A stretch of 64,000 nucleotides of DNA from the human T2T-CHM13v2.0 reference genome, Homo sapiens, in NCBI RefSeq assembly GCF_009914755.1, contig NC_060937.1; one strand, 5' to 3'. Below, piece by piece: positions 1-13,277 of this stretch (positions are counted from its first letter, which is position 1; each line of letters starts with the position of its first letter). The position numbers and the translations under genes were made by a program. The notes beneath the pieces are model-generated. The model had not been told where the DNA came from. It was given only the letters and a program-made list of their open reading frames with translations, and did no database searches.

Positions 1-850
1 ATGATCAATTAAAAGGTGCAAGTCCTTGGGCGGGTGGCACCACAGATCATCTGCAAGAGTGCAGCCAAGTACAGTTGTCATCTTTTATTGCTATTTAAAG
101 ACCTACAGGTTGGGATATCAATCTTGGTGGACCATCACTCCTTGAACCAAATGTTGGGCTTAGACTTACCAATGGATGGGCCACTCCACATAGGAGAGAA
201 GAAATCCACCTGACATCTACCAGGCAGCCACTATTATTGGTTGTAGGCTTGCATCAGACCTGGTGGTGCATTTCTGAAAGACTGAGAAAACAAGATGTGA
301 TGCGAGTCTTCTGAAATGCAGTCCCATGGGCAAAAGAAAGAATTAGAAGCTTGTTAAGAAACACATTACCATCTGCAAAGAAGTACCAGACATATATCTG
401 TGAGAAATTGGTGTCTTCTGGGAAACACTGAGGTGCCAGCAGCTGACGGGGAAAGATAAAATAATGATCACTGTATTCTTCCTGCCAACTTGGGAGATTT
501 TCTTGATGAAGAAAGATAAGAGGTAAAAATGTCAGGCATGCAGGCCTTCACTTTCTTCAAAGTGAGAAGTTTGTAAAATAACCCTGAGTACAAGTGAGTT
601 TTTTCCATGCTCATTTCACAACAAGTATGTAAAATTCTACACAAAAAGGAATATACAATTTTCCTAAAGTCTGAGTTCTTGATTGTGTCTGTCTCACACA
701 TTCTTCACTAAATATTAATTGCGTCCAAATGTCTGGACATTTGGTATCTGTAGATAATTGTCTTTTTCAAAAAGAAATAAAAAACAGAAAACCTTCCTTT
801 CTCTAAGGGAAGAGGAAAAATACTATTGTTAAAACTTTTAACAAATACAT

Positions 851-990
851 CAATATTTCATCCATTCTAAGATCCACATTTTCACAATTTTACGTCTCTG
901 AAATTGAGTGCATCTTACAATTGGCAGCCTTTTTTTGCGACACATGAAAGAAGAGCGCATCTATAGTACCTTAAATTGAATGAAATGTGA
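851..990. mobile_element. MER104-like (TcMar-Tc2) DNA transposon relic
   Basis: Left end TATTTCATCCATTCTAAGATCCACATTTT...TCTCTGAAATTGAGTGCATCTTACAAT resembles the recalled MER104 consensus; degenerate inverted end CTTAAATTGAATGAAATG. Confidence 0.5.
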
Positions 991-1224
991 GCAATTGCTT
1001 AAAATAATGTTGCTAGACAAAGTGTTTAAAGTTTAAAGAAACCCACTGTCCTGAAGAACTTAAGTACTCTTCAGGAATACGACAGGAATTAGGTATCCAA
1101 ATTCTGGAATTGTTAGAGGACACTAAGAACTGCTTCAGTCATGTGAATCTATCACTTTGAGATATCATATGTTTCTCCTTCAATCTCTTAAAGAAGTAAA
1201 TAATATTTATAGGGATTTCATTTT

Positions 1225-1590
1225 AACAGGAATCCATATTTGTATTCCTGGAATAAACTCAACGTAATCATGATGTATGGTTGATTTTACAGACTACTAG
1301 ATTCAATTTTTTCTAATAGTTTATATAGAAATGTTGAATTTCACAATAGAGATGTGTCTATAATTTTTAATAATTATATACATTTCTATAAATTCTATAA
1401 ATTTCTATAAATTTGGAATTGCCTGATCACTAGATTTTGCTGAAACATTGGTTCTGCTATCTGGTTTTACTGCTTTGCTTTGTTTTGTTTTGTCTGGAGG
1501 GGGAGAGAAAGAGTTTAACTACCAATTCACTGTCTCTCATAGTTCCAGGACTCTTTAGGTTATCTATTTCTTCTCAAGTCACTTTTGGTT
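1225..1590 (-). mobile_element. Old L1M/L1ME ORF2 fragment (antisense)
   Basis: TGTATTCCTGGAATAAACTCAAC..ATCATGATGTAT and downstream T-rich sequence typical of antisense L1M; continues after the VNTR and Alus at ~3700-4770. Confidence 0.55.
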
Positions 1591-3315
1591 ATATATATAA
1601 TATATATTACATGTATATATTATATATTATATGTTTATATATTATATGTATATATGTATATATTATATATTATATATTATATATATTATATACATATAAT
1701 ATATATTCTCATATATATTATATATACTCATATATATAATATATATTCTCATATATATATTATATATTCTCATATATATAATATATATATTCTCATATAT
1801 AATATATATTCTCATATATATAATATATACTCATATATTATATATATTCTCATATATTATATATATACTCATATATAATGTATATATTCTAATATATAAT
1901 ATATATTTTCTCATTTATATAATATATATTCTCATATATAATATATATTCTCATATATGACATATTATATATATTCTCATATATATTATATATTCTCATA
2001 TATATTATATATTCTCATATATAATATATATTCTCATATAATATATTATATATTCTCATATAATATATTATATATTCTCATATAATATATTATAAATTCT
2101 CATATAATATATTATATATTCTCATATATAATATATTATATATTCTCATATATAATATATTATATATTCTCATATATAATATATTATATATGCTCATATA
2201 TAATATATTATATATGCTCATATGTAATATATTATATATGCTCATATGTAATATATTATATATGCTCATATGTAATATATTATATATGCTCATATGTAAT
2301 ATATTATATATGCTCATATGTAATATATTATATATGCTCATATGTAATATATTATATATGCTCATATGTAATATATTATATATGCTCATATGTAATATAT
2401 TATATATGCTCATATGTAATATATTATATATGCTCATATGTAATATATTATATATGCTCATATGTAATATATTATATATGCTCATATGTAATATATTATA
2501 TATGCTCATATGTAATATATTATATATGCTCATATATAATATATATGCTCATATATATTATATATGCTCATATATAATATATTATATATGCTCATATATA
2601 ATATATTATATATGCTCATATATAATATATTATATATGCTCATATATAATATATTATATATGCTCATATATAATATATTATATATGCTCATATATAATAT
2701 ATTATGTATGCTCATATATAATATATTATGTATGAGCATATATAATATATTATGTATGAGCATATATAATATATTATGTATGCTCATATATAATATATTA
2801 TGTATGCTCATATATAATATATTATGTATGCTCATATATATTATGTATGCTCATATATAACATATTATGTATGCTCATATATAATATATTATATATGAGC
2901 ATATATATTATGTTATATATGAGCATATATATTATATGTTATATATGAGCATATATAATGTTATATATGCTCATATATAATATGTTATATATTCTCATAT
3001 ATAATATATGTTATATATTCTCATATATAATATATGTTATATATTCTCATATATAATATATGTTATATATTCTCATATATAATATATATTTTATTCTCAT
3101 ATATAATATATAGTATATCTTATATATATTCTCATATATAATATATAATTTATTCTCATATAATATGTATTATATATATCCTCATATATAATATATATTA
3201 TGTATAGTCTCATATATATTATATATATTCTCATATATATTATATAGTCTCATATATATTATATATAGTCTCATATATAATATATATAGTCTCATATATA
3301 TAATATATATATACG
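1590..3315. repeat. AT-rich minisatellite/VNTR, ~24-bp unit (ATGCTCATATGTAATATATTATAT and variants)
   Basis: 13 perfect 24-bp copies at 2214-2525 (translated as MLICNILY repeats), flanked by blocks of variant units with TTCTC, GAGCA, GTTAT and AGTCTC cores. Confidence 0.97.
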
Positions 3316-3384
3316 CATATATTCCTATGTTTTATACACACACACACACATGCACACGAATTTGTATATTCTACCTTAGTTTTA

Positions 3385-3693
<309 letters not shown>

Positions 3694-3914
3694 TTATTGC
3701 CATAATATTTATAACATTCTTTCATTATACTTTTTATCTCTACTGCAACTGTAGTTATGCCCATCTAATTTTGAACCATACTTTTTATCTTTTCTTTTTT
3801 TTCTTTAAAAATATTGTTAGATGGTTTTCAAAAAATTTTTATCTTTATTGATCTACTTTAGGGTATCTTTGTTTTCTGTATTATTGCTTTCTGCTCTTAT
3901 TAATATTAATTCTC

Positions 3915-4221
<307 letters not shown>

Positions 4222-4224
4222 AGT

Positions 4225-4770
4225 TCTTAATTAAAATTCCTATGTGTTTATTCTTTTATTCTTTTCTTAACTTCTTACATTTAATTAAAATGGATTCTCA
4301 GCTTGTTAATCCTCAGCTCCTTATCTTTTATAACCTATTTGAAGCTATAAAATTCTCCTAAGTACAGATCTGGTTATATTTCATGTCTTAATATAGATCC
4401 TTTTCATAATTATGCACATCTAATTGTTTTTTAATATCCTTACTCATTTATTCTCTGATCCATGAGCTATTGAAAGGTGCATTTTTCAAATGTCCAAATG
4501 TATGGAGTGATTTTAATTATCTTTTTAATACTAATTTCTACTGCAGCTGTGTTATGGTAAGAGAACACATTCTGTGAGGAACTATTTTTTGAAATGTGTC
4601 ATGACTTACTTCATGGTCTAGGATGTAATCAACATTCACAAATGTTTCATTTGCTTTTCAAAAGAACGTGGATTCTCTAACTGTTTGGTCCAGGTTTATA
4701 ATATGTGGCCAAAGGTGTTGCTCAAATCTCTTTATCCTGACTGATTTTCTGTGCTTGACCATCAGCTACC
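4225..4770 (-). mobile_element. Old L1ME fragment (antisense)
   Basis: GAGAACACATTCTGTG...TCATGGTCTAGGATGTAATC...AAAGAACGTGGATTCT resembles antisense L1M ORF2. Confidence 0.55.
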
Positions 4771-5334
4771 AAAAAAGGTCTAGGAAACAGTCCTCGCCAC
4801 CCTACTGTGGATGCATCCACCTCCCCTTATGGTTCTCAGCTCATTCTTGGACCAAGGAATGGATAGCTGTTGGCCTCCAGGGATCAGTAGCTACATCTTG
4901 TGGTTTCCGGCCTCCTTTCCTTGAGAGGCTTCCCTACCTGTTACACATAGAAAATGAAAACATACCACCAGAACCAAAATAAACAAAAACCAGAAAGCAA
5001 CTCTTTAGAAAGACTCCAGTGGCCCTTATGTTGCCACTACCTGACAGTCAGCACGGATTAGCCGGCCTCATGAGAGATGATAAGGAATGGAGATTTTCTG
5101 AGTAAAAGACTCAGAATTCAGATCAGAGTCGGAATAACAAATGAACTTTTCAAAAGACAGCTGCCCAAACCAAACAAGGAATTTTTCACTTGTTTACGAA
5201 GTGTGGAGAGAAATATGGGCCTCCCATTGGTCTTTCCACGAGATAGTCACACACACATCACCTCCTCATCATCACCATCATTAGTATAATTTATAAAAAT
5301 TGAAAAGACCGGAAATAAAATTGATCCTGGAGAA

Positions 5335-5385
5335 ATAACAACCAACAGAATTCACTTTAAATGCAAAGGAGCAACAAAATTTATT
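5335..5385 (-). terminator. AMER2: Distal polyadenylation signal of AMER2
   Basis: Minus strand reads AATAAA (5385-5380), TTTTGTTGCTCCTTTGCA with CA at ~5363-5362, then GU/U-rich TCTGTTGGTTGTTATTT downstream element. Confidence 0.7.
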
Positions 5386-6489
5386 GACTGAATTAAACAC
5401 AACAGTAAAATGGCAGTGTTGTAATTTCATTTTCAGATGTTTGAATGGAACAAGAAAAGTGCTATTAGCCCAAGCTTCTTACATTCATTAAAAGAGTGAC
5501 TATCAAAAACAGCAACATGCACAATGGTACATATGCACAAAATGGAATTATATCAACAAATATACAAAATACCCAAAATAAAATATTTACAGGTTTAAAA
5601 ATATAAACATTGATTCCTCTATCCCATTAAACCATTGGAGTGGAGAAAGGAGGAAAGACCCTATTGCTATTTAGAATCCTTTTTAAAACAAGTTTTTAAA
5701 ACATAGAATTAGTTCTAGGAGACAATTTTTGATGTTTTTCAGGGGTTTAACATTCTATTATAAAAATAACATCTATAAACCTACTAACAATTTTCCTCCT
5801 GTGCACAAAAATAATACTGCCAAAACCTGTCCTCAAAGACATGCCTGACTTTCAGGAAAGCTAATTATGGAAATGGAGTTTCTCGTTTGGGTTATCTTTG
5901 TTACTATTTTCAAATAACCAGCAACTCCCTATATTACACTGAGATACTTTATATAAATAACGTGGGCGAAACCTGAAGTTCACAATGAGCCTGCTAGGTA
6001 GCTGGTGTCAAGTACAAATGATAGGAATTGACTTTGCCAACAACATCAAAAGCATTTTCCCTGATATTCCTGATAGACCTACCACTATCAGATCCTCCAT
6101 ATTCAATAAGATTTATCCTGGAAGCAATGAAAATGTTAAATATTACTTTGCTAGAGTTTCTCCTCCTTTATTTAGAAATAAATGTGTAGTGGGGACCAGT
6201 GGTTGTAATGTAGATACTTGAGAAGTTTCATTGATTCCTTCAGGCCACCTGGAGCCATTTCAAGGCAAGTGAACAAGCATTTTCTGCATGTCTACTCCAT
6301 GCCCCTATGTTATTGAACCAGATATTTTTAGTATTTCTGCCTTAGTTTGTTAAATGATTCAGGTCTGAGAGTATCTGAGAAGGTATAGTATGTCTCAGGT
6401 AACCAGAAACCTAAGCCATATCTTATTTAAAACGTATCTTCTCACATAGAGCAAAAGTTATTCTACTCGATTATTGAAGCATTTCCAAA

Positions 6490-6610
6490 ATTACCCATTT
6501 TACCAATACCTACCTTACATGGTTCTTGTGAAGAGTAAAGATAACAATGTAAAAAAAGCACACAGCATCCTCTCTGGCAACATAGTAAACATACAGGATA
6601 TGTTAGTAGA
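6490..6610 (+). mobile_element. MIR fragment
   Basis: AATACCTACCTTACATGGTTCTTGTGAAGAGTAAAG...CTGGCAACATAGTAAAC matches the MIR 3' core. Confidence 0.65.
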
Positions 6611-6819
6611 ATTCAATATAAAATACTCATCTTCATGGTGGCTGACTTATTGATGGTGTTCAATAGCTATTAGTTGAATGAGTTAATGAATCAGAAAATG
6701 TAGGACAGGATTCAGTGGCTGTAGACACAACATAGGACGGACAGCTATTAAAGGAGCCAAGTGCTTATTTCTGAAGTTCAGAATTGCATGGAGGCAAGGG
6801 ACAACTCATACAGCTGTCA

Positions 6820-7842
<1,023 letters not shown>

Positions 7843-8319
7843 ACACACACATATGCATAGACCACCCAGAACCCACCAAGATGGCTTAAGGTAGGAATAA
7901 AAACAAATGAAACAAATATGCTTTGAATGAATGATACCCTGTCAGGGAAGAAGTATCGCCATGACAACAGAAGAGATTTCTGTCTGTACTTCCCACATTA
8001 ATCCTAAGAGAAGAGGATCCCTCCAAGGGAAGGCCAATGTTTGCCTACTCAGCATAGCACAGTGGCAGGGTTCCCTGTATATGATTGTGAGCACCATCAT
8101 CTCAGACACAAAACTAATTTTCAGCTGCATGGACATGGGTTAGCTCTTTCTATTAGAAGTGAGCTGACAATGACACTAAACGGTACTTAGCTCTTCTATT
8201 ACTGAAAATCACTAAAGAGTTTATATCCCTGTCCTAGAGACTAGGGGAAAAGAGAGAGAGAGACAGACAGACAGAGATGGAAAGGGATAGAAACAAAAAG
8301 GATGAATTAAAGCTGTCTT

Positions 8320-8435
8320 ACTGGGGAGATAATATTACCTACCCCATATGGCTGTTAAGAGGACTAAGTAATTATTTCTAAATCTCCTAGCAGCGCCTGA
8401 TACATAGTAAGTATTCAACAAATGTTAACCATTGT
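8320..8435 (+). mobile_element. MIR fragment
   Basis: GGGGAGATAATATTACCTACCCCATATGGCTGTTAAGAGGACTAA...GCCTGATACATAGTAAGTATTCAACAAATGTTA. Confidence 0.7.
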
Positions 8436-9886
8436 TACATTTACTATTTTTTAGAGGCATTTGTGTGGCTTAATTCATAGTGCCCTTCTTCAACTTCACA
8501 CCACTTTGCTTCACCCCACAAACTATAAGCAACAAATGCAAATACCAAAAAAAAGTAAAATAATATTGTTTTGTGTTTTTAATGAATATTAAGAAAATCC
8601 AATTACAGCGCAGCTTAGGTGTGAGCTCCAAACTGAATGGGTTTTATTAAGTATTTGATACAGTCTATGCCCCATAAATATGTGTTGCATTGAATTAAAG
8701 TAAATATCCATCATAAAAGGTGCCCAATTTCAGTTCTGGAGGCTTCATGACTATTTTCATCTTTCCTTTTGCAGTTTGAGAAGGAACTCCTTTCCGTAAT
8801 CACGAAACTATCATTCTGAATCACCTCTTAAAAACATCATCTGCAGTGACATAATAACATTCCTTAGAAGTGGCTATTGTTGCAACAATCTGTCTCCTTA
8901 AACCTTATCACAGTGCAAGGCTTTTGAGAAGCAATGCATGACAGCCACCGGGAAATCTTCAGAGCAAGATGAGGTCTCACAATCAATGGCCGCCTGTGAG
9001 GAGCCACACTTACACGCTGCACTGACAATGTCACAGCTCGCTTCTGCCTGTGAACTACACCCTTGCCTTTTGCTTCCCCACACAGGCTCTGTAAGACACT
9101 CGTCTACCATACTACCCCTTTGGTTCCAAACTGCTTCATAAATATTTTTGTGTGTAATGAATTGAAATTTTCTAAGGCTGAGTTTACACAAATTAGAACT
9201 GTTCTTTTCCTTGCTCTGCCTGGAGGAGGGGAAAGGGAAACTGGGTTAGGTGAAGTATTTGGGGTTTTCCTCTTATTTCACTCAGATACTTTAAACCAGC
9301 TTTCCTCAGTGATGAGATGAGGCAATTGTGATGCTTATTCCTTATGTTTAACAGCAGAAAACTTCTTGAATTAATTTCTTAACAATGAAGGGGAGCAAAG
9401 CATACGTGAATGTACTGGAACAGGTCTCAGCAGAAGCCCAGCATCAGGGGAGCCAAATCCATATATTTGTAATTCAGGAGAAAAATTCAGATAACTAACA
9501 GCAGGGAATGCATTCCGCCATGCGGACGGAGCCAACATGCTAGCGTCATGTGAAGTGTCCCGTCACTGCTGTCTGAGGGCACTTAGGAGACATGAGCTGC
9601 CTGAGTGGATCTCTTCACACCAAGCTAACAGTCAAGAGTTGCCTTTAAAATTAATCTGACAAAGGGGTAAATAATGAAAACTCTTAGAAAATTCAAAGAA
9701 ATCTCAACACCTGACATAGTCTTTTTACCTGGATAATTGTGTAAGCAAAGGGCTATTTGCATACTGTTTAACTGCAAATACTTGAAGACTACCTCTGAGA
9801 TGAAGAAATAAATCCTTTAAACACGGTGAGTTATTACCTTCATAGATATTAAACCCTTTGTATTTAAATAAGCAGATAATTTGTGG

Positions 9887-10006
9887 AAAATGTATCTAAA
9901 GGAAGTCCTTTGTATTCTATATTCCATTGTTGTTATTAGATAAAATAAAATGTATCTAGAGGAAGTCCTTTGTATTCTATATTCTATTGTTGTTATTAGA
10001 TAAAAT
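9887..10006. repeat. 60-bp tandem duplication (2 copies, 2 mismatches)
   Basis: AAAATGTATCTA(A/G)AGGAAGTCCTTTGTATTCTATATT(C/T)... repeated at 9887-9946 and 9947-10006. Confidence 0.95.
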
Positions 10007-13000
10007 AATAGAAATCTATTTACTCTTGTGATTATTTAAAATGCTGTAGTAAAATTTCTCCCAATTGGTGCTAATGGCAGGATAAACGCATCAACCACCA
10101 TCTGTACTAAAGCAGAGTGTTTCAAATAACAGTGTATGTGTAATATAGACATTCAAGTCAGGCTGTCTTTGTGCAGAGCTATTAAACCAACCGATAAATT
10201 TTCGCCCAACAATTGATTTGACTTTTTCCTGTCTAATTTGGGCAGCCTTTCAACTAAAGGAAGTCAATCAACCAAGTATCTTAGAATATACATACATGTG
10301 GGAAAGATATAATTAGCCTCTATCCAATCCTTCCCTTAAAAAGTCAGCAAATATGGGCCTGAATAATCTTCACAAGGTCATTAGATATAATGTATTAATA
10401 AAAATTGGAATGTAAATCTAGGAAAATTCTTGAAAAAACAATCTCCATGAACACAAATGAGAGAAAGTAGCCCTTGGCACAAGAAAGCAACTATGATCCC
10501 TTTTCTATGGTTGGAAAAAGTTGAGAATCTACTCTTCCTGCCACTCCAGGGATTTCCCATCAAGTGATTGAGGCTGTTTAATTCATTGCCCAAATCCTTT
10601 ATTTGATTGGTGTGGGTGCAATTCTTAAAAAATAAGGTAAAAAAAAAGTGGAAAATATAAATTTTAAAAGAAAATATTTTATATCTTTTATAACTGGTTA
10701 ATTGACAGGTCAGTGGAAATTAAGATAAACTTTGCTCACGTGTTCCTTTTCTTATAAAGAGGAGACACAGCATAATGGTGTAAATGGAGGATTAAGTCCT
10801 AAAATTATGAAAGCAAAAACTTTTCTTCTACTGCTTAAGAAATAGATTGCCTTTACTATTACAATATTCTCATAAGTTTTTCAGGTATTCTTAACTTTCC
10901 TGTACAATTGAACAAATGAACCAACATAACTTTGCCATGGATTCATGCAAAGGAGAATATAACCCTTGCAGGAAAATGTACAACAAGGAAATCAAGATCC
11001 TTTGTTTTACAGCTAGGAATAAAATTTATATTTTCTCCATTCACTAGGGGAAGATGAATGTATTTTGAGCCTAAATAGTACCAGCGGCATGAAATCAAAT
11101 GTAAATCCCTTGTTTAATACAGAAATAATTTCAAAAATAATTTCCAGATCTAGAGTAGATGTCTTTTGTCTGTTAGTCTGTACACAGTTGAGTGCATGAG
11201 CACGTGAGTGTGAGATGCTTATATGAATTCTTGGTAGTGTGTTCAGAATGCTTAAGGCTATGACTGCATATAGGGCCTCATTTACACACATAAAGAAATT
11301 AAATATTAAAAGATTACTTTGAAATAACATTATGGATCTGAGACAATGCAATAAAAGCCAGTCATATGACTAATGAAGAAATTCAGCAAACCTCTCCTAA
11401 TTGAATCACTGCAAATTTAAAATGGGGAATGGCCTACTTTCTGCTACTGGCTCAATTTGCTTTCCTTTGATGTCCATTTATTTTGTTACTTTCTTCATAT
11501 TATTAAAATAGGTTTTCATATATTTAACTTGCCTTGTTCTTTCATTTATGAAACAGAAAACAAACTTAAAAAGCATGTAATAACAGTTCATTACTAATGC
11601 AATCTCTCTGGAAATGAGACTTATACAGAAGTGTTCATGTCATTTACATATGTGCAGTTTCACGTGAATATGCATAATCTTCCTGGTATGATGAATCACC
11701 TCCTAGTAGAAGCTCTGGTCTTTTGATTAAATACACTGAAGTGTATTTCAAAAAGGATATTAATTTCATCATTAGACACTAATAGCATTCTAGGAACTGC
11801 TTCAGTTTATCATTCAAACTAGGCATATAATAACCCTTTCTGAAATAAATGTTTCATCTGAAATATTAGAAAACATACATAGAAGCAAACCACTTTTCAA
11901 AAAAAACTTGGCATAAAGTGTTTACAATACATAAGCTTGCCAGTGTCATATTCTGAACACACTTGTCTTTGTCATAAGTCTATAAAGCAAAAGGCAAATG
12001 ATGTGAAAAACTGTATCTTTCTATTGTTTTTCTTTATGTGTTCCTCATTTTGCACTCATTATATTGAGGAATGGTTGGATCTGAAATTTTACAATCAAGG
12101 TAAAAAAAAATCTGAAAACAGGGTTTGGGGTGAGAAACAGACTCTTACCCAAAACAAGGCAGAGCCATTCCTCTGGGACACCAGCACAATAGATTTTTTT
12201 TTTTTTTTTGAGAACCAGAGAACCCATATAAAACAAAATCAGAATCGCTTCCCATTACAGTACATAACAGAACATCAATGGTTTGGGGACCATCATCATG
12301 TCTAGCTATAAGACCAGATTTTATATTCTAGATATAGAATTATCCAGAATAATTCTATTGAATTGACTGATTACAAAATGTTAACAGCTGGATAAACGGT
12401 AAAATATGCATTATCTTCACATGAAAAGGTTTCAGTTTATAAATGCTTAAATACTGTATCTATTGGCATTTAATAAAATCTTTCCCTGATCCTGATTTCT
12501 GCACTGGGTGGGGGAAGAAACAAACAAAAGCAAAAGCAAAAGCCTGCTCTCCTGAGCCTTTTATATCTCCCCAAACAAATGACTGAAACCAACCAAACCA
12601 AAACTCGCCTTTATTTTCCTAGTGTTAGATCCTTATCAATTTGCATATCTAACAACTGAACGTAGGGAAGTTTTCTGCCAATCAGTGGTCCCCTCTGCTC
12701 ATCAGGTAAATACCTGGCTCTTTCAGCTTTGGAGGTATTTTCCACACAGTGATACAGCAAAGGGTTTTGTTTTTGTTTTTGTTTTTTTTTAACTGGAAAG
12801 GAAAGAGGAAAGAAGGGAAGGAAGGAAACGTGTCTTGGAAGAGGAGATCTCCTCTGGTTCTTCAGCGGTTCCTTCAGGCCTCTAGACACTGGCTTATCCC
12901 AATATCCAGGCATGACTCTTACTTAGGTTTGGCTAAGTTCTGTTTTCTGCAAAGGCAAGTAAAGGTGACTTCCAAGTGTTCAGTATATTAAAGCAAAAGG

Positions 13001-13277
13001 AAGAAAAACTTAAAGGTAAAAAAGAAAAAAGTGCTTGAAAATAATTCTCAGGGACTTATCTTGAGAGGAGAAACCCCCGTGTAGCATCCCTCTTTCTGGT
13101 GTTATCCGGTCCCTGCTCAGGGCACAAAGACCTCCTCGGTCCACGCTCTGGAGCAGGGCGGGGGACGGGTGGTGTCCTAAAAGACTTTCTTTAGGAAAAG
13201 CAAAACTTACTTTAGTGGTTTCCAGGGAAAAGTTGTATTCCTTGGCATGGGGCCCATCCACCTTGGCCTGGAAGACC

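Noticed and set aside
1437-2860. Repetitive ORFs (MLICNILY / MSIYNILH repeats) and CRISPR-like periodicity
   Set aside because: Translations of a 24-bp tandem repeat. There are no unique spacers and no cas genes, and the context is eukaryotic.
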